Of a DNA stretch of 64,000 nt, positions 18,736 to 29,545 are shown piece by piece. Source of the stretch: Candidatus Poribacteria bacterium (GTDB taxonomy: Bacteria > Poribacteria > WGA-4E > PCPOR2b). A model generated the notes under the pieces. That model did not search any database, was not told where the DNA came from, and was given only the letters and a program-made list of their open reading frames with translations. Where the stretch lies: positions 5,664,001-5,728,000 of the forward strand of contig OZ244587.1 of assembly GCA_965218095.1 (NCBI GenBank). The letters are read 5' to 3'. The position numbers and the translations under genes were made by a program. Numbering within the stretch: position 1 is the stretch's first letter; each line of letters starts with the position of its first letter.

Positions 18736-19560
18736 TTGAATCTGTGGAAACTCGACCTTAAAGAAATCACCCCCGGACAGAGTACAGACATCGAAAGAGC
18801 TTTGAGACAACTCGCTCGGTTAAAATTTGATCTCATCATCGGGGTCGGTTTTCTCTTTCAAGAACCGATGAGTCGAGTCGCTGCCGAATTTCCAAACGCA
18901 AGGTTTGCAATCGTCGATGTCGAAGCCGAGGGGCAGAATGTTGCCTCGCTGATTTTCAAAGCGCATGAGGGCGCCTACCTTGTCGGCGCAATTGCTGCGC
19001 TGAAAACGGAGATGAATAAGATTGGATTTATCGGTGGGATGAATATCCCGCTGTTGCATAGCTTTGAGGCGGGCTATCGCACTGGCGCAAAGGCGATTGC
19101 CCCGGAGGTTGAAGTGTTTGTTGATTACGCGGGCGTTACGCCCCAAGCCTTCAGCGACCCCGCTAAAGGGAAAGAACTCGGGCTGGGGCAGTACAACAAA
19201 GGTGTGGATGTAATCATGGCGGGGGCAGGTGCAACGAGTCTGGGCATCCTTGAAGCCGCGAAAAAAGAGAAGAAATACATCATCTGGGCAGATGCAAATG
19301 GGAATCACCTCGCGCCGGGGCTTGTCCTGACGAGCATGATCAAGGGTGTCGGGTTGTCAGTGTACCAAACAATCGAGAGCGTCGTTGAGGGAAAATTTAC
19401 CGGTGGAACAAAGGTATACGGTCTGAAGGAGGGTGGTATTGAATACATTGTCGATGACAACAATCGGGAGTTGTTTTCTGAGGGGATCTTGAAGCGCGTT
19501 GAAAGACTCGAACAGAAAATTATCAACGAAGAGATTGTTGTGCCGTCGGAAAGAAAATAA
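18736..19560 (+). pseudogene. BMP/PnrA family ABC substrate-binding protein, N-terminally truncated
   Basis: DLIIGVGF, EGAYLVGAIAA, IGFIGG, FSDPAKGKE, LTSMIK are present; signal peptide/lipobox and GGxGDxSFN motif are absent; no RBS. Confidence 0.7.
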
Positions 19561-19596
19561 AGTGAGGAAATTTAGGAGGAGGATACGGAGGAAACC

Positions 19597-19833
19597 ATGT
19601 ACGAGTCATCTATTGCACAACACTTCGCAGAAAGAGGTATTCAACAGGGACGTATTCTTTCTGTTCTGGAACGCATCGAGAAGCGATTTACCCATGGCGA
19701 CGCAGATCGAATCAGACCACAACTCGAATCGATTCAAGATCTAGATCTCTTGCGACAGATCTTTGATCAAGCCATTGATGCCAAAACTTTCGATGAATTC
19801 CAGCACGGATTGAATGTCCTGATCTCGTCATGA
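19597..19833 (+). CDS. Stand-alone Rpn/DUF4351-like C-terminal domain protein
   Basis: GGAGG RBS; MYESSIAQHFAERGIQQG...LESIQDLDLLRQIFDQAIDAKTFDEF. Confidence 0.7.
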   Translation: MYESSIAQHFAERGIQQGRILSVLERIEKRFTHGDADRIRPQLESIQDLDLLRQIFDQAIDAKTFDEFQHGLNVLISS

Positions 19834-21395
19834 CAACTTCACCACTCATCAAAATGCGCGGCATCACCAAACGCTTTGGGCAAGTCGTTGCCAACGACCA
19901 GGCGGACTTCTCCCTCCAAAGTGGGGAGATCCACGCAATCGTTGGGGAAAACGGCGCCGGTAAATCAACACTGATGAAGATTCTCTACGGGCTCTATCAA
20001 CCTGACGAGGGGAAGCTCTTTTTCCGCGATCAGCCCCTTCGCATTGACACCCCCCGAACCGCAATTAAACTCGGCATCGGTATGGTGCAGCAGCACTTCA
20101 CACTCATCCCCACATTGACAGCCCTCGAAAATATTGTTCTCGCAAAAGAGCCATGTCGATTTAAAATTCTTCTCGACACTGCGAAAGCGCATCATACCAT
20201 CACGGCGCTTGCCGAACAACTGGGTTTTAACCTCAACCTCAATGCAAAGGTGGAATCTCTTCCAATTGGGGGACAACAGTACGCGGAAATCCTCAAAGCC
20301 CTTTATCATGGTGCGGAGATCTTGATTCTCGATGAGCCGACAGCAGTGCTTGCGCCGCAGGAGGTCGTCGGGTTATTTGATTGTCTGCGTGGGTTGAAGA
20401 AGGAGGGGAAAAGTGTCATCCTGATTACTCACAAGCTCCGCGAAGTGATGGATATTGCGGATACAATCACGGTGATGCGTCGTGGCAGGTCGGTAGCGTC
20501 ACTCCCAAAAGTGGAGACGGATCTCGCTGCACTATCCGAATTGATGATTGGACAAAAACCTTTCAAAGGTTCCAAACCTTTCAAAGGCTCAAACAGATCC
20601 AAGCAACCCTTGTTATGTTTGCAAGATGTCACGCTCCATGCCAGGAACGGACGCACGTTAGTAGATCAGATCGAACTCCAGGTTTTCGGTGGAGAAATTG
20701 TGGGCATCGCCGGGGTGGAAGGAAACGGACAAAGCGAGTTAATCGAGGTGCTGACAGGGCTGCGCAAGATCGATAGCGGCACAATCACGCTGAATGGTGA
20801 ACCGATTGCGAACCAATCAGCGGTTGAAATCCGCCGGAGGCGTGTAGTACATCTTCCCGCCGATTGCCATCGTCACGGCATCAGCCTCACAGATCGGATT
20901 GATGAAAACCTGATCCTCGGACGCCACAATCAACCCCCGTTTTGCCGACACGGGCTGTTGCAACGGAAAGCCATCCAGCGATTTGCAAGCGATACGATTG
21001 AGAAGTACGAAATCCGAACTGGGGGCGTTAATCTCCCGATTTTCACTCTCTCCGGTGGAAATCAACAGAAGGTGGTCGCAGCACGCGAGTTGGAAAGCAA
21101 TCCGAAATTAATCATCGCGGCACACCCGACGCGCGGGTTGGACATCAACGCCGCCCGGTTCGTGCATCAGCGACTGATCGACGCCCGCAATCGATCCAAG
21201 GGAATTCTGCTGATTTCCGCGGATCTGGAAGAGGTCTTGAACTTGAGTGACCGGATTGCTGTGATGTACGGCGGTCGAATTGTCGGTGTCCTGCGCCCAT
21301 CCGAGACGGACGAAGCGCAGCTTGGGGCGTTGATGCTTGGAACGGAGAAGTCGTACAGGTCTCCAGACTTGCAAGCAATTAGAGTTGAAGTGTGA
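19830..21395 (+). CDS. Nucleoside/sugar ABC transporter ATP-binding protein (two NBDs)
   Basis: GENGAGKST, ILDEPT, GVEGNGQSE, LSGGNQQKV, PTRGLD. Confidence 0.92.
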   Translation: MTTSPLIKMRGITKRFGQVVANDQADFSLQSGEIHAIVGENGAGKSTLMKILYGLYQPDEGKLFFRDQPLRIDTPRTAIKLGIGMVQQHFTLIPTLTALENIVLAKEPCRFKILLDTAKAHHTITALAEQLGFNLNLNAKVESLPIGGQQYAEILKALYHGAEILILDEPTAVLAPQEVVGLFDCLRGLKKEGKSVILITHKLREVMDIADTITVMRRGRSVASLPKVETDLAALSELMIGQKPFKGSKPFKGSNRSKQPLLCLQDVTLHARNGRTLVDQIELQVFGGEIVGIAGVEGNGQSELIEVLTGLRKIDSGTITLNGEPIANQSAVEIRRRRVVHLPADCHRHGISLTDRIDENLILGRHNQPPFCRHGLLQRKAIQRFASDTIEKYEIRTGGVNLPIFTLSGGNQQKVVAARELESNPKLIIAAHPTRGLDINAARFVHQRLIDARNRSKGILLISADLEEVLNLSDRIAVMYGGRIVGVLRPSETDEAQLGALMLGTEKSYRSPDLQAIRVEV

Positions 21396-21530
21396 GAAGG
21401 GAACGATCTAATCTGCGAATTAAGCTGAAGGACATCCTATTGTTGTTCACGTTTCACGCATCACGGGTCACGCAATTTGAGTTTTCCCTTCAAACATGAG
21501 CGAACCACCAAAGGATAGGAGTATAAATCT

Positions 21531-22709
21531 ATGAGATTTTTCGATAAAGTGGAAATGGCGCCCGCCGACCCCATCCTGGGAATCAATGCGGCTTTCAAAG
21601 CAGATCCAAGGCCAAACAAAGTCAATCTCAGCATCGGTGCATACAAGACCGATGACCTCCAGCCGCTGGTTCTCCCGGCTGTCAGAAAGGCAGAGCAGAG
21701 AATCGTCGCTGATAATCTGGACAAGGAATACCTGCCGCAGGACGGCAACCCGGAATACGTGAAGCACTCTATCAAGCTGGTATTCGGAACAGACATAGAT
21801 GGCATCTTCGGGGCACAGGTGCCCGGCGGGACCGCTGGCGTTAGAATTGCTAGTGAGTTTCTCGTCCAAATTGGAAGCCAAGTCATCTACATCCCTGATC
21901 CGACATGGGCAAACCACAACCAGGTTTTCACAAGGGCTGGCTTGGAGGTTGCGTCATATCCATACTACGACGCAGATCGGAAGGAATTTACCAGAGCGCA
22001 GATGATTAAAGCCATTAAGTCTATGCCAAGCGGAAGCCCGATTCTACTGCATGCCTGCTGCCACAACCCGACGGGCATCGATCCAAACCCAGAGGATTGG
22101 AAGGAACTCTCGACTGTAATCAAGGCGCAGGGTTTGCTCCCGGTATTTGACTTTGCCTATCAAGGCTTCGGTCAAGGCGTTGCGGAAGACGCGATGGCAG
22201 TACGCCATTTCCTATCCGAAGGACATCAGATGCTCGTGGCAAACTCCTATTCTAAGAACTTTGGGCTTTACGGCGAAAGGACGGGCGGCTTCTATGCTGT
22301 CACTGGCGATACGGAATCCGTCAAAAAAGTCCGTTCCCAGGTCATGCGAATTATCCGCGCCAATTATTCCAACCCACCTGTCCACGGCTCGCGTATCGTT
22401 GCAACGGTTCTCGCATCGGAAACGCTCCGGCAGGAATGGGAGGCAGCGCTCGCCGGTATGCGGAATCGAACATCCGGTATGCGCAAGGCATTGGCTGACA
22501 GCTTAAAAGCAGGCGGGAGCCGTATGGACTTTAGCTTCATGTACGGACAAAAGGGTATGTTTTCCTATTCTGGGCTGTCCAAAGCACACGTGGATCGGCT
22601 GAGGGAAGTGTATGCCATCTACATGCCGAGTAATGGTCGCATCAATGTGGCGGGGCTTTCACCCAGGAACCTGGATTACATTGTTCAAGCTATCTTGGCG
22701 GTTCTCTGA
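21531..22709 (+). CDS. aspC: Aspartate/aromatic amino acid aminotransferase (AspC/TyrB type)
   Basis: PADPILG, LLHACCHNPTGID, DFAYQGFG, SYSKNFGLYGER, GMFSY, GRINVAG. Confidence 0.85.
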   Translation: MRFFDKVEMAPADPILGINAAFKADPRPNKVNLSIGAYKTDDLQPLVLPAVRKAEQRIVADNLDKEYLPQDGNPEYVKHSIKLVFGTDIDGIFGAQVPGGTAGVRIASEFLVQIGSQVIYIPDPTWANHNQVFTRAGLEVASYPYYDADRKEFTRAQMIKAIKSMPSGSPILLHACCHNPTGIDPNPEDWKELSTVIKAQGLLPVFDFAYQGFGQGVAEDAMAVRHFLSEGHQMLVANSYSKNFGLYGERTGGFYAVTGDTESVKKVRSQVMRIIRANYSNPPVHGSRIVATVLASETLRQEWEAALAGMRNRTSGMRKALADSLKAGGSRMDFSFMYGQKGMFSYSGLSKAHVDRLREVYAIYMPSNGRINVAGLSPRNLDYIVQAILAVL

Positions 22710-22810
22710 TCCATTCCAAGAGAGGCGATACAAAACAAGGGCAGATCTACATTAGACTTAATTGAAAATTTTCGTTGAAGTGAATGTGAAAATTGGAAAT
22801 CTCTGAGAAA

Positions 22811-23809
22811 ATGGTAAACATGAGGGTAAACAATAGCACGGCTAAACTTGCCGTTGGCTCATTGATAGCAGAACCGGGGCAAAGAATCGAGGGACATCTG
22901 AAAGTGGGTAATATGCAGGATGGTACACCCGTTCGATTGCCGGTGATTTTAGTCAACGGTGCGCAGGGTGGGAAGACGCTCTACCTGCAATCGGTGAGTG
23001 ATGGCGATGAGTTGAATGGGATTGCCGTCATCCACGAAATTTTACGCAAGATTTGTCCCGACAGCTTGCGAGGCAGGGTGATCGCAGTCCCGATTGTGAA
23101 TTTCCACGCATTTCACGCGAAACAAGCCCATAGCCCCGTTGATAACATGAAAATGAATCGATGCTTCCCGGGACGCCCCGATGGGACATCAAGTGAGCGA
23201 ATCGCTTATAAATTATTCCATACCGCCATCCGCCAGGCGAATTACTGCATTGACCTGCATCAAGGTGGAGTCCACCCCATGATCGATGAGGTCCGTATAC
23301 GTGTTGATGCAAAACACTCCCAACATGCGTCGTGCCTTGAGTTAGCTCGTTTTTTTGGGATGGGTTACATTGTCGATCAGAAGGGGCCAAAGGGTCAACT
23401 GGCTCAAGCTGCTCCAGAGATTGGTATTCCAACGATCGATCCGGAGTTAGGCGGGTGTCACGGTTGGGACACCGCTAGTATCGCAAAAGGTGTGCAGGGT
23501 GTGCTGAACGTGCTTAAATACTACGGCTTTATCGACGGCGAACCGGAATTGTCCCAACAACAGGTTATTATCAACCGGTTCGTCTCACTTTTCAGCAATC
23601 AAGGTGGTTTTGTGTACTACAAAGCGAACCTGTATGATCGGGTTGAGGCATATCAACCGATTGCAGAAATTTGTGATGTTTTTGGTCATCCGCGAGAAAC
23701 GATCCGCGCATCCGAAAGTGGCATTTTCTGGTCGTGTTCCGCGTACCCGATGGTTGCTAGCGGTGAATCGATTGGGAAGATCGGTATCGCGTCTGAATAC
23801 ATTCAGTGA
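22811..23809 (+). CDS. Succinylglutamate desuccinylase/aspartoacylase (M14) family protein
   Basis: SDGDELNG, MNRCFPG, IDLHQG, PELGG. Confidence 0.85.
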   Translation: MVNMRVNNSTAKLAVGSLIAEPGQRIEGHLKVGNMQDGTPVRLPVILVNGAQGGKTLYLQSVSDGDELNGIAVIHEILRKICPDSLRGRVIAVPIVNFHAFHAKQAHSPVDNMKMNRCFPGRPDGTSSERIAYKLFHTAIRQANYCIDLHQGGVHPMIDEVRIRVDAKHSQHASCLELARFFGMGYIVDQKGPKGQLAQAAPEIGIPTIDPELGGCHGWDTASIAKGVQGVLNVLKYYGFIDGEPELSQQQVIINRFVSLFSNQGGFVYYKANLYDRVEAYQPIAEICDVFGHPRETIRASESGIFWSCSAYPMVASGESIGKIGIASEYIQ

Positions 23810-23818
23810 TGCTGAACC

Positions 23819-24778
23819 CTATAATTGAGCTAAAATTCCAACCCAATTTTTCCCACTTTGCGAGATTTCACTTCGTTCTCCCCCGATCCAATCGAGATCT
23901 TCACTTCCCTCGCCCCCGCTACGCGAGAGCAGGCTCTGCTGGCGGATTTCGAGGATTCGGAAGCCGTTTGTCCGCAATTGGCCTTCAACTTTCTGCGCCT
24001 CTGAAGCCATGATCCCCGATAGTATCAACTGACCGCCCGGTTTGAGGAATTGAAAGCATTGGGGAATCATTGGTAAGATGACTTTCGTGAGGATATTGGC
24101 GAGGATGAGAGGATATTTTCCATTAAGCACTTGCAGCCCATCGCCATGGTGTAGACGGACAATTGATTTCACTCCGTTGAGTTGAAGGTTGCGCTGGGCA
24201 ATTGGAATAGCTGATGCATCCAGATCAACGGCATCGACCCGCTTGGCTCCAAGCCTGGCGGCGGCGATCGCCAAAATCCCGGATCCTGCGCCAATATCGG
24301 CGACGACATCGGCACCTCTTATGGCTTCTTCCAGTAATTCTAGCGAAAGTTGCGTTGTTGGGTGCTGTCCGGTACCAAATGCCATGCCCGGATCCAATCG
24401 AATCAGTATCTCAGATGACTCAGGCGTAACATCATGCCATGTTGGCGCGATAAGCAGGCGTTTTCCGATTTTTTGGGGTGGGAAGGCGGAGCGCCACTGT
24501 TCTGACCAATTTTCGTCCTCAATGGATCTTAATGAAACCGTTGTGGGCTGCGTATCGATCCCCGCCTGAATTAGGCTCGCTAGAAATTCGCGCAGATTCT
24601 GGACTCGCTCGCCGACGCGGTCATCCATCGGGAAGTAGGAGATCAGTGTGACGGAGGGAGAATTTGAGGGGGGTTCGTCTCTTATTTCGATGCCGGTTGC
24701 ATCACGTTCAAAGAGATAGTTTGCAACAGCGTCTGATGCTTCTTGAGAGATTGTGATTGTTACCTGCGCCCATTTCAT
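23819..24778 (-). CDS. prmA: 50S ribosomal protein L11 methyltransferase
   Basis: DPGMAFGTGQHPTT, DIGAGSGILAI, ANIL, ILSGI; located downstream of dnaJ. Confidence 0.93.
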   Translation of the reverse strand: MKWAQVTITISQEASDAVANYLFERDATGIEIRDEPPSNSPSVTLISYFPMDDRVGERVQNLREFLASLIQAGIDTQPTTVSLRSIEDENWSEQWRSAFPPQKIGKRLLIAPTWHDVTPESSEILIRLDPGMAFGTGQHPTTQLSLELLEEAIRGADVVADIGAGSGILAIAAARLGAKRVDAVDLDASAIPIAQRNLQLNGVKSIVRLHHGDGLQVLNGKYPLILANILTKVILPMIPQCFQFLKPGGQLILSGIMASEAQKVEGQLRTNGFRILEIRQQSLLSRSGGEGSEDLDWIGGERSEISQSGKNWVGILAQL

Positions 24779-24851
24779 ATTTTGGTAAGTCGTCAGGGCA
24801 AAATAGAGAAGAATGGTGAAATAGATATGGAGCTTTACCCCTGGCAATTGT

Positions 24852-25491
24852 CTATATGCACAGCCTGCCTACTTTAACTGCCTCTATTCCGTAGAGCTGT
24901 TCTGGCAGATCTTCCACTAAGGCTTTCATTGCTGCTGTTTCATAATCCCGCACAAAATTATCAACGATGTCAGAAGAACTGAAAAGCCCATTGGTGTTCA
25001 GAAATTTATCCCATCTGGAAAAAGGGGCTGGATTCATGAAATATCCATCACAAAGCAGAGACCACCAACCTAATGCGGCAATATCATACCCAATCATAGA
25101 AGCCCAGGATGGGTCAATGTCTATCGTCCCCTTCAATCCGGCAAGTGTTTCTGAGTAGACAGTGATCAGTTCATTGAATGAACTGATACGATTGCTATAC
25201 CGTAGCAAGAGATATGCGTCTTCAGAACGCTGGCATAGTTCAATACTTGTAAAGTCTAAACAACTTTTTTGTATCGACTCATATATTTTTTGAATATCGA
25301 TTGGTAAATTACCGCTGTAATATCCTTCTCGTATATCAAACCATGGCATCCAATCGATTCCACTGTAATAGGTCTGCCCTACCTGTGACACTTTGGAGAC
25401 GTATGCCCCACAGCCAGAAGGAGGGTAGTTCTTTTCGGGTTTTCGAACGACCAAAAAAACCACAGACTTTTTCGGTATTGATGGTGCTCAT
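24852..25491 (-). CDS. Hypothetical protein, immunity-protein-like; probable 1-nt frameshift in T7 run at 25453-25459
   Basis: 203-aa ORF; ATG at 25491 overlaps the upstream TGA; removing one T joins MSTINTEKVCGF to LVVRKPEK. Confidence 0.5.
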
Positions 25492-25767
25492 CTCGGTTTC
25501 ACTCCAGCATCTACGCGAACATGTACCCCGTCCTGCTCCTGGAATATGAATATGAGGTGGCCGGTTGGGATGCCCCAGCCAATTGGAACCTGGTTTTGCT
25601 CTAACCCCTGGATATTTGATTTCATCTGCCCAATCCAGAACTGTTTCTGCGTCATCAACACTCAGTGGTTTTCTGCCTCCATGTGTTGCTTCGTTGGCAA
25701 GCGTTTTGAGAACCCGTCGATCCGGAGTTATGCCTCCATTTCTTCTACAGATGGTTGTTGCAATCGT
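25488..25767 (-). pseudogene. Orphan polymorphic-toxin C-terminal-like remnant
   Basis: Start-less frame TPDRRVLKTLANEATHGGRKPLSVDDAETVLDWADEIKYPGVRAKPGSNWLGHPNRPPHIHIPGAGRG / HVRVDAGVKPR*. Confidence 0.5.
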
Positions 25768-25817
25768 TCAGCTTTTCGAGATTAATAGCTGTGGTTGCAC
25801 CGCTTTAGATCGGGAAT

Positions 25818-26960
25818 TTATTTATCTTTATCCTCGTCGCCACCATGGTGATGCCGATGGAAGAGTTTATCGAAAAAGCCATCGTGCTCTTCGCCTTCCC
25901 CTTCACCGCGTGCGTCTGCAAATGCTTCCAAGATCTCTTTTTCTCGTTCCGTCAGGTTTGTCGGTGTTTCGGTCCGGATTTCAACAATCAGATCCCCGGA
26001 ACCGTAGTGATTGTAATAAGGAACGCCTTTCTTGGGAATGCGTAATCTTGTGCCGAACTGTGTCCCAGCAGGGACTGTTAGCCGGGTTGTACCATCAATG
26101 GTCGGAACTTCAATTTCGGCGCCAAGGGCAGCTCGCGGGAAGGAGATTTTCGCTGCCGTAATTAGATCATTGCCTTCTCGAACAAAAAACTTGTGGGGAG
26201 CGACGTGAATCACAATGAAGAGATCGCCGGAGGGGCCGCCGTTGATACCCGCCTCGCCTTCGCCCCGCATTTGAATCTTAGACCCCGTGTCAATACCCTT
26301 GGGGATACTGACCTTTATCTGGCGAGTCCTCCGAACAAGCCCTTGACCACGGCATGTTTCACAAGGATTCGGGATAATTCTCCCTTCACCCTGACAACGC
26401 GGACAAGTGCGCGACATGCTGAAAAATCCCTGCGTCCGGGTAATTTGCCCACGTCCGAAACACTCCGGACAGGTTTCGAGTTTAGAGTCGGCTGCGGTGC
26501 CGCTCCCATGGCACGTTTCACAGGTCTCCAAGCGAGGAACATCAATGGTCACGGTTTTTCCAAGAATTACATCTTCTAAGGAGATCTCCAGGTCGTATTG
26601 CAAACTTCGACCACGTTTGGGGCCACTCTCCCTGCGGCGAGAGGACCCAAATCCGAAGAGATCCCCGAAGTCGCCGAAGATGTCTCCAACAATATCCTCA
26701 AAGTTGCCAAAACCACCTGTCCCCATCATTCCTTCTAGCCCTGCATGACCAAATCGATCATAACGGCCGCGCTTTTCAGGGTCGCGCAAAACTTCGTATG
26801 CTTCGGTCGCCTCTTTAAATTTCTCTTCGGCTTCTTTGTCACCGGGATTTTTATCAGGATGGTATCGAATTGCCAGCTTACGATAGGCTTTCTTAATCTC
26901 ATCTTCGCCTGAATTCCGGCTGACATTGAGCACTTCATAGTAGTCGCGTTTTTGCGCCAT
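25818..26960 (-). CDS. dnaJ: Chaperone DnaJ
   Basis: J-domain HPD, G/F region, four CxxCxGxG repeats. Confidence 0.97.
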   Translation of the reverse strand: MAQKRDYYEVLNVSRNSGEDEIKKAYRKLAIRYHPDKNPGDKEAEEKFKEATEAYEVLRDPEKRGRYDRFGHAGLEGMMGTGGFGNFEDIVGDIFGDFGDLFGFGSSRRRESGPKRGRSLQYDLEISLEDVILGKTVTIDVPRLETCETCHGSGTAADSKLETCPECFGRGQITRTQGFFSMSRTCPRCQGEGRIIPNPCETCRGQGLVRRTRQIKVSIPKGIDTGSKIQMRGEGEAGINGGPSGDLFIVIHVAPHKFFVREGNDLITAAKISFPRAALGAEIEVPTIDGTTRLTVPAGTQFGTRLRIPKKGVPYYNHYGSGDLIVEIRTETPTNLTEREKEILEAFADARGEGEGEEHDGFFDKLFHRHHHGGDEDKDK

Positions 26961-26972
26961 GAGCCATTCCTC

Positions 26973-28910
26973 TTACTTTTTATTAATGTTGTCGTCGGTG
27001 TTTTCCTCAACGACTTCTCCTTCAACATCAACAACAGTTTCGTCCGATTCTTCTGCTTTCTCCGTTACATCTTCAGTGTCTGCCGCGGCTTCAGACTCGG
27101 CTGCTGTTGCCTGGGCATACATCGCTTCCGCTAATTTATGATTCGCCTGCATCAACACATCGGTATCCGCTTTAATTGCTTCGAGGTCGTTTCCTTTCAA
27201 CGTTTCCCTTAATTTTTCAACCGCGCTTTCGACTTCGTTGCGCTCTTCCTCAGAGATCTTATCCCCGTATTCGTTGAGGGATTTTTCTGTGCTGTAGATC
27301 AGCGAGTTGGCATTGTTATGAACCTCAATCTCCTCTCTCTTCTGCTTGTCTTCTTCAACATGTTCTTCAGCGTCATTGATCATCTGCTCGATTTCAGTGT
27401 CAGATAAGCTACTGGAGGATTCGATACGGATTTTCTGTTCTTTTCCTGTACCCAGATCTTTCGCTGATACATGCACAATCCCGTTGGCATCGATATCGAA
27501 GGTCACCTCAATCTGTGGCACACCACGCGGTGCCGGGGGGATACCTAGCAGATCAAATCGACCAAGCGTACGATTATAAACCGCCATATCGCGTTCGCCC
27601 TGTAGAACATGTATATTTACAGCATCCTGGTTATCTGAAGCCGTTGAAAAGGTTTGGCTTTTCTTTGTCGGGATGGTTGTATTTCGCTCGATCAGGCGAG
27701 TGAAGACGCCACCTAGGGTCTCGATTCCGAGTGAGAGGGGCGTAACATCAAGCAACAGCACATCTTTGACCCCTTCATCGCCAGATAAGACGCCGCCCTG
27801 GATTGCCGCCCCAATGGCGACAACTTCATCCGGATTGACCCCTTTGTGCGACTCTTTACCGAAAAACTGCTGTACTGCTTCCTGCACCTTCGGCATCCGC
27901 GTCTGCCCGCCCACAAGTACAACTTCGTCGATGTCTGATGCGTGTAGTTCGGCATCAGCAATAGCTTGGCGACAGGGGCCAATTGTCCGATCAATGAGAT
28001 CTGCTGTGAGCTGCTCAAGTTTCGCTCGCGTAAGCGTGATATTCAGGTGTTTGGGGCCGCTCGCATCTGCAGTAATGAAAGGCAGATTAATCTCTGACTG
28101 CAATGCCGTTGATAATTCACACTTTGCTTTTTCCGCCGCTTCTCTCAGACGCTGGAGCGCCATTGGGTCTTGCTGCAGGTCGATACTATTCTCTTTGAGG
28201 AATTCTCCAGCCAACCAATCGACAATCTTCTCATCGAAGTCATCGCCCCCCAAATGCGTATCTCCGTTTGTGCTTTTGACCTCGAAAACCCCCTCGCCAA
28301 TTTCCAGAATCGAGATGTCAAAAGTGCCTCCGCCTAAATCGTAAACGGCGATTTTCTCGTCCGTCTTTTTGTCTAATCCATACGCGAGGGAAGCAGCCGT
28401 CGGTTCATTGATAATTCGCAGCACTTCGAGTCCGGCAATCTGCCCGGCGTCTTTAGTTGCCTGACGCTGTGCATCATTAAAGTACGCGGGGACGGTAATA
28501 ACGGCCTGCGTTATCGTTTCGCCGAGGTATGACTCAGCCGTTTCCTTCATTTTCCGCAAGACCATCGCTGAAATCTCGGGAGGAGCGTGCTCACGGTCTT
28601 CAATCTTGATTTTCGCTTCGCTATTGGCTCCCTCGACCACCGCATAAGACACCCTTTGGATCTCCGCGGCGACTTCATTGAAACGCCTGCCCATAAAACG
28701 CTTCACAGAAAACACGCTGTTCTGTGGGTTTGTCACGGCCTGTCTTTTGGCGACCTGACCAACAATCCGCTCGCCATCGTTGGTAAAGGCGACAACAGAA
28801 GGAGTAGTACGGTTACCCTCAGCATTGGCGAGAACCTTCGGTTCCCCACTCTCTAAAACGGCGATACAAGAGTTCGTTGTGCCGAGGTCTATGCCGATGA
28901 CTTTACTCAT
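26973..28910 (-). CDS. dnaK: Chaperone DnaK
   Basis: [33 protein letters not shown]. Confidence 0.98.
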   Translation of the reverse strand: MSKVIGIDLGTTNSCIAVLESGEPKVLANAEGNRTTPSVVAFTNDGERIVGQVAKRQAVTNPQNSVFSVKRFMGRRFNEVAAEIQRVSYAVVEGANSEAKIKIEDREHAPPEISAMVLRKMKETAESYLGETITQAVITVPAYFNDAQRQATKDAGQIAGLEVLRIINEPTAASLAYGLDKKTDEKIAVYDLGGGTFDISILEIGEGVFEVKSTNGDTHLGGDDFDEKIVDWLAGEFLKENSIDLQQDPMALQRLREAAEKAKCELSTALQSEINLPFITADASGPKHLNITLTRAKLEQLTADLIDRTIGPCRQAIADAELHASDIDEVVLVGGQTRMPKVQEAVQQFFGKESHKGVNPDEVVAIGAAIQGGVLSGDEGVKDVLLLDVTPLSLGIETLGGVFTRLIERNTTIPTKKSQTFSTASDNQDAVNIHVLQGERDMAVYNRTLGRFDLLGIPPAPRGVPQIEVTFDIDANGIVHVSAKDLGTGKEQKIRIESSSSLSDTEIEQMINDAEEHVEEDKQKREEIEVHNNANSLIYSTEKSLNEYGDKISEEERNEVESAVEKLRETLKGNDLEAIKADTDVLMQANHKLAEAMYAQATAAESEAAADTEDVTEKAEESDETVVDVEGEVVEENTDDNINKK

Positions 28911-29532
28911 TCGATTCTTCCTCCTTTTCGCCTTTACCCTTAGATACTGAAACCATTGATGGGCGAATCACGCGATTATGTAGCATATACCCGCGCTGCC
29001 ATTCTTCGATGACCTGATTTTCGGGAACATCTTCCGACTCGACGTGCATCACCGCTTCATGCTGCATTGGATCGAATAGTTCGCTGACAGCTTCAATAGG
29101 TGTGACGCCACGATTTTCAAGCGCGCCGAGAAGTTGCTTGTGAATCATCTGAATTCCCTCGACAAGGGCGTCAAAATCTTTGGATTCTTTTGTCGAGTTG
29201 ATTGCCCTTTCGATACTGTCTACCGTCGGAATCAGATCTTTTACGAAGCTTTCAAGTGCATATTTTAAGAATTCCTCTTTCTCACGTTCAACCCGTTTTT
29301 TTGAGTTGTCAAATTCTGCGATTGTGCGGAGCATTTGATCCTGTCTAGCTTTTAAACGGGCAAACTCTTCTGCAGAGGGCAAATCTTCCGATTCTGAGTC
29401 TTCGCTAGCGTCTTCCTCCTCAGGAGTTTCTAGTTCAGCGTCAAGCGGCGTGCTCGTCGTTTCTTCCGAATCCTCCGCTTGTGTTTCTGTTTCTTGATCT
29501 TCTGCTGCATCTATTTTTTTATTTTCTGACAT
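28903..29532 (-). CDS. grpE: Nucleotide exchange factor GrpE
   Basis: [34 protein letters not shown]; start MSEN after AGAGGT. Confidence 0.95.
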   Translation of the reverse strand: MSENKKIDAAEDQETETQAEDSEETTSTPLDAELETPEEEDASEDSESEDLPSAEEFARLKARQDQMLRTIAEFDNSKKRVEREKEEFLKYALESFVKDLIPTVDSIERAINSTKESKDFDALVEGIQMIHKQLLGALENRGVTPIEAVSELFDPMQHEAVMHVESEDVPENQVIEEWQRGYMLHNRVIRPSMVSVSKGKGEKEEESNE

Positions 29533-29545
29533 ATGCATTACCTCT

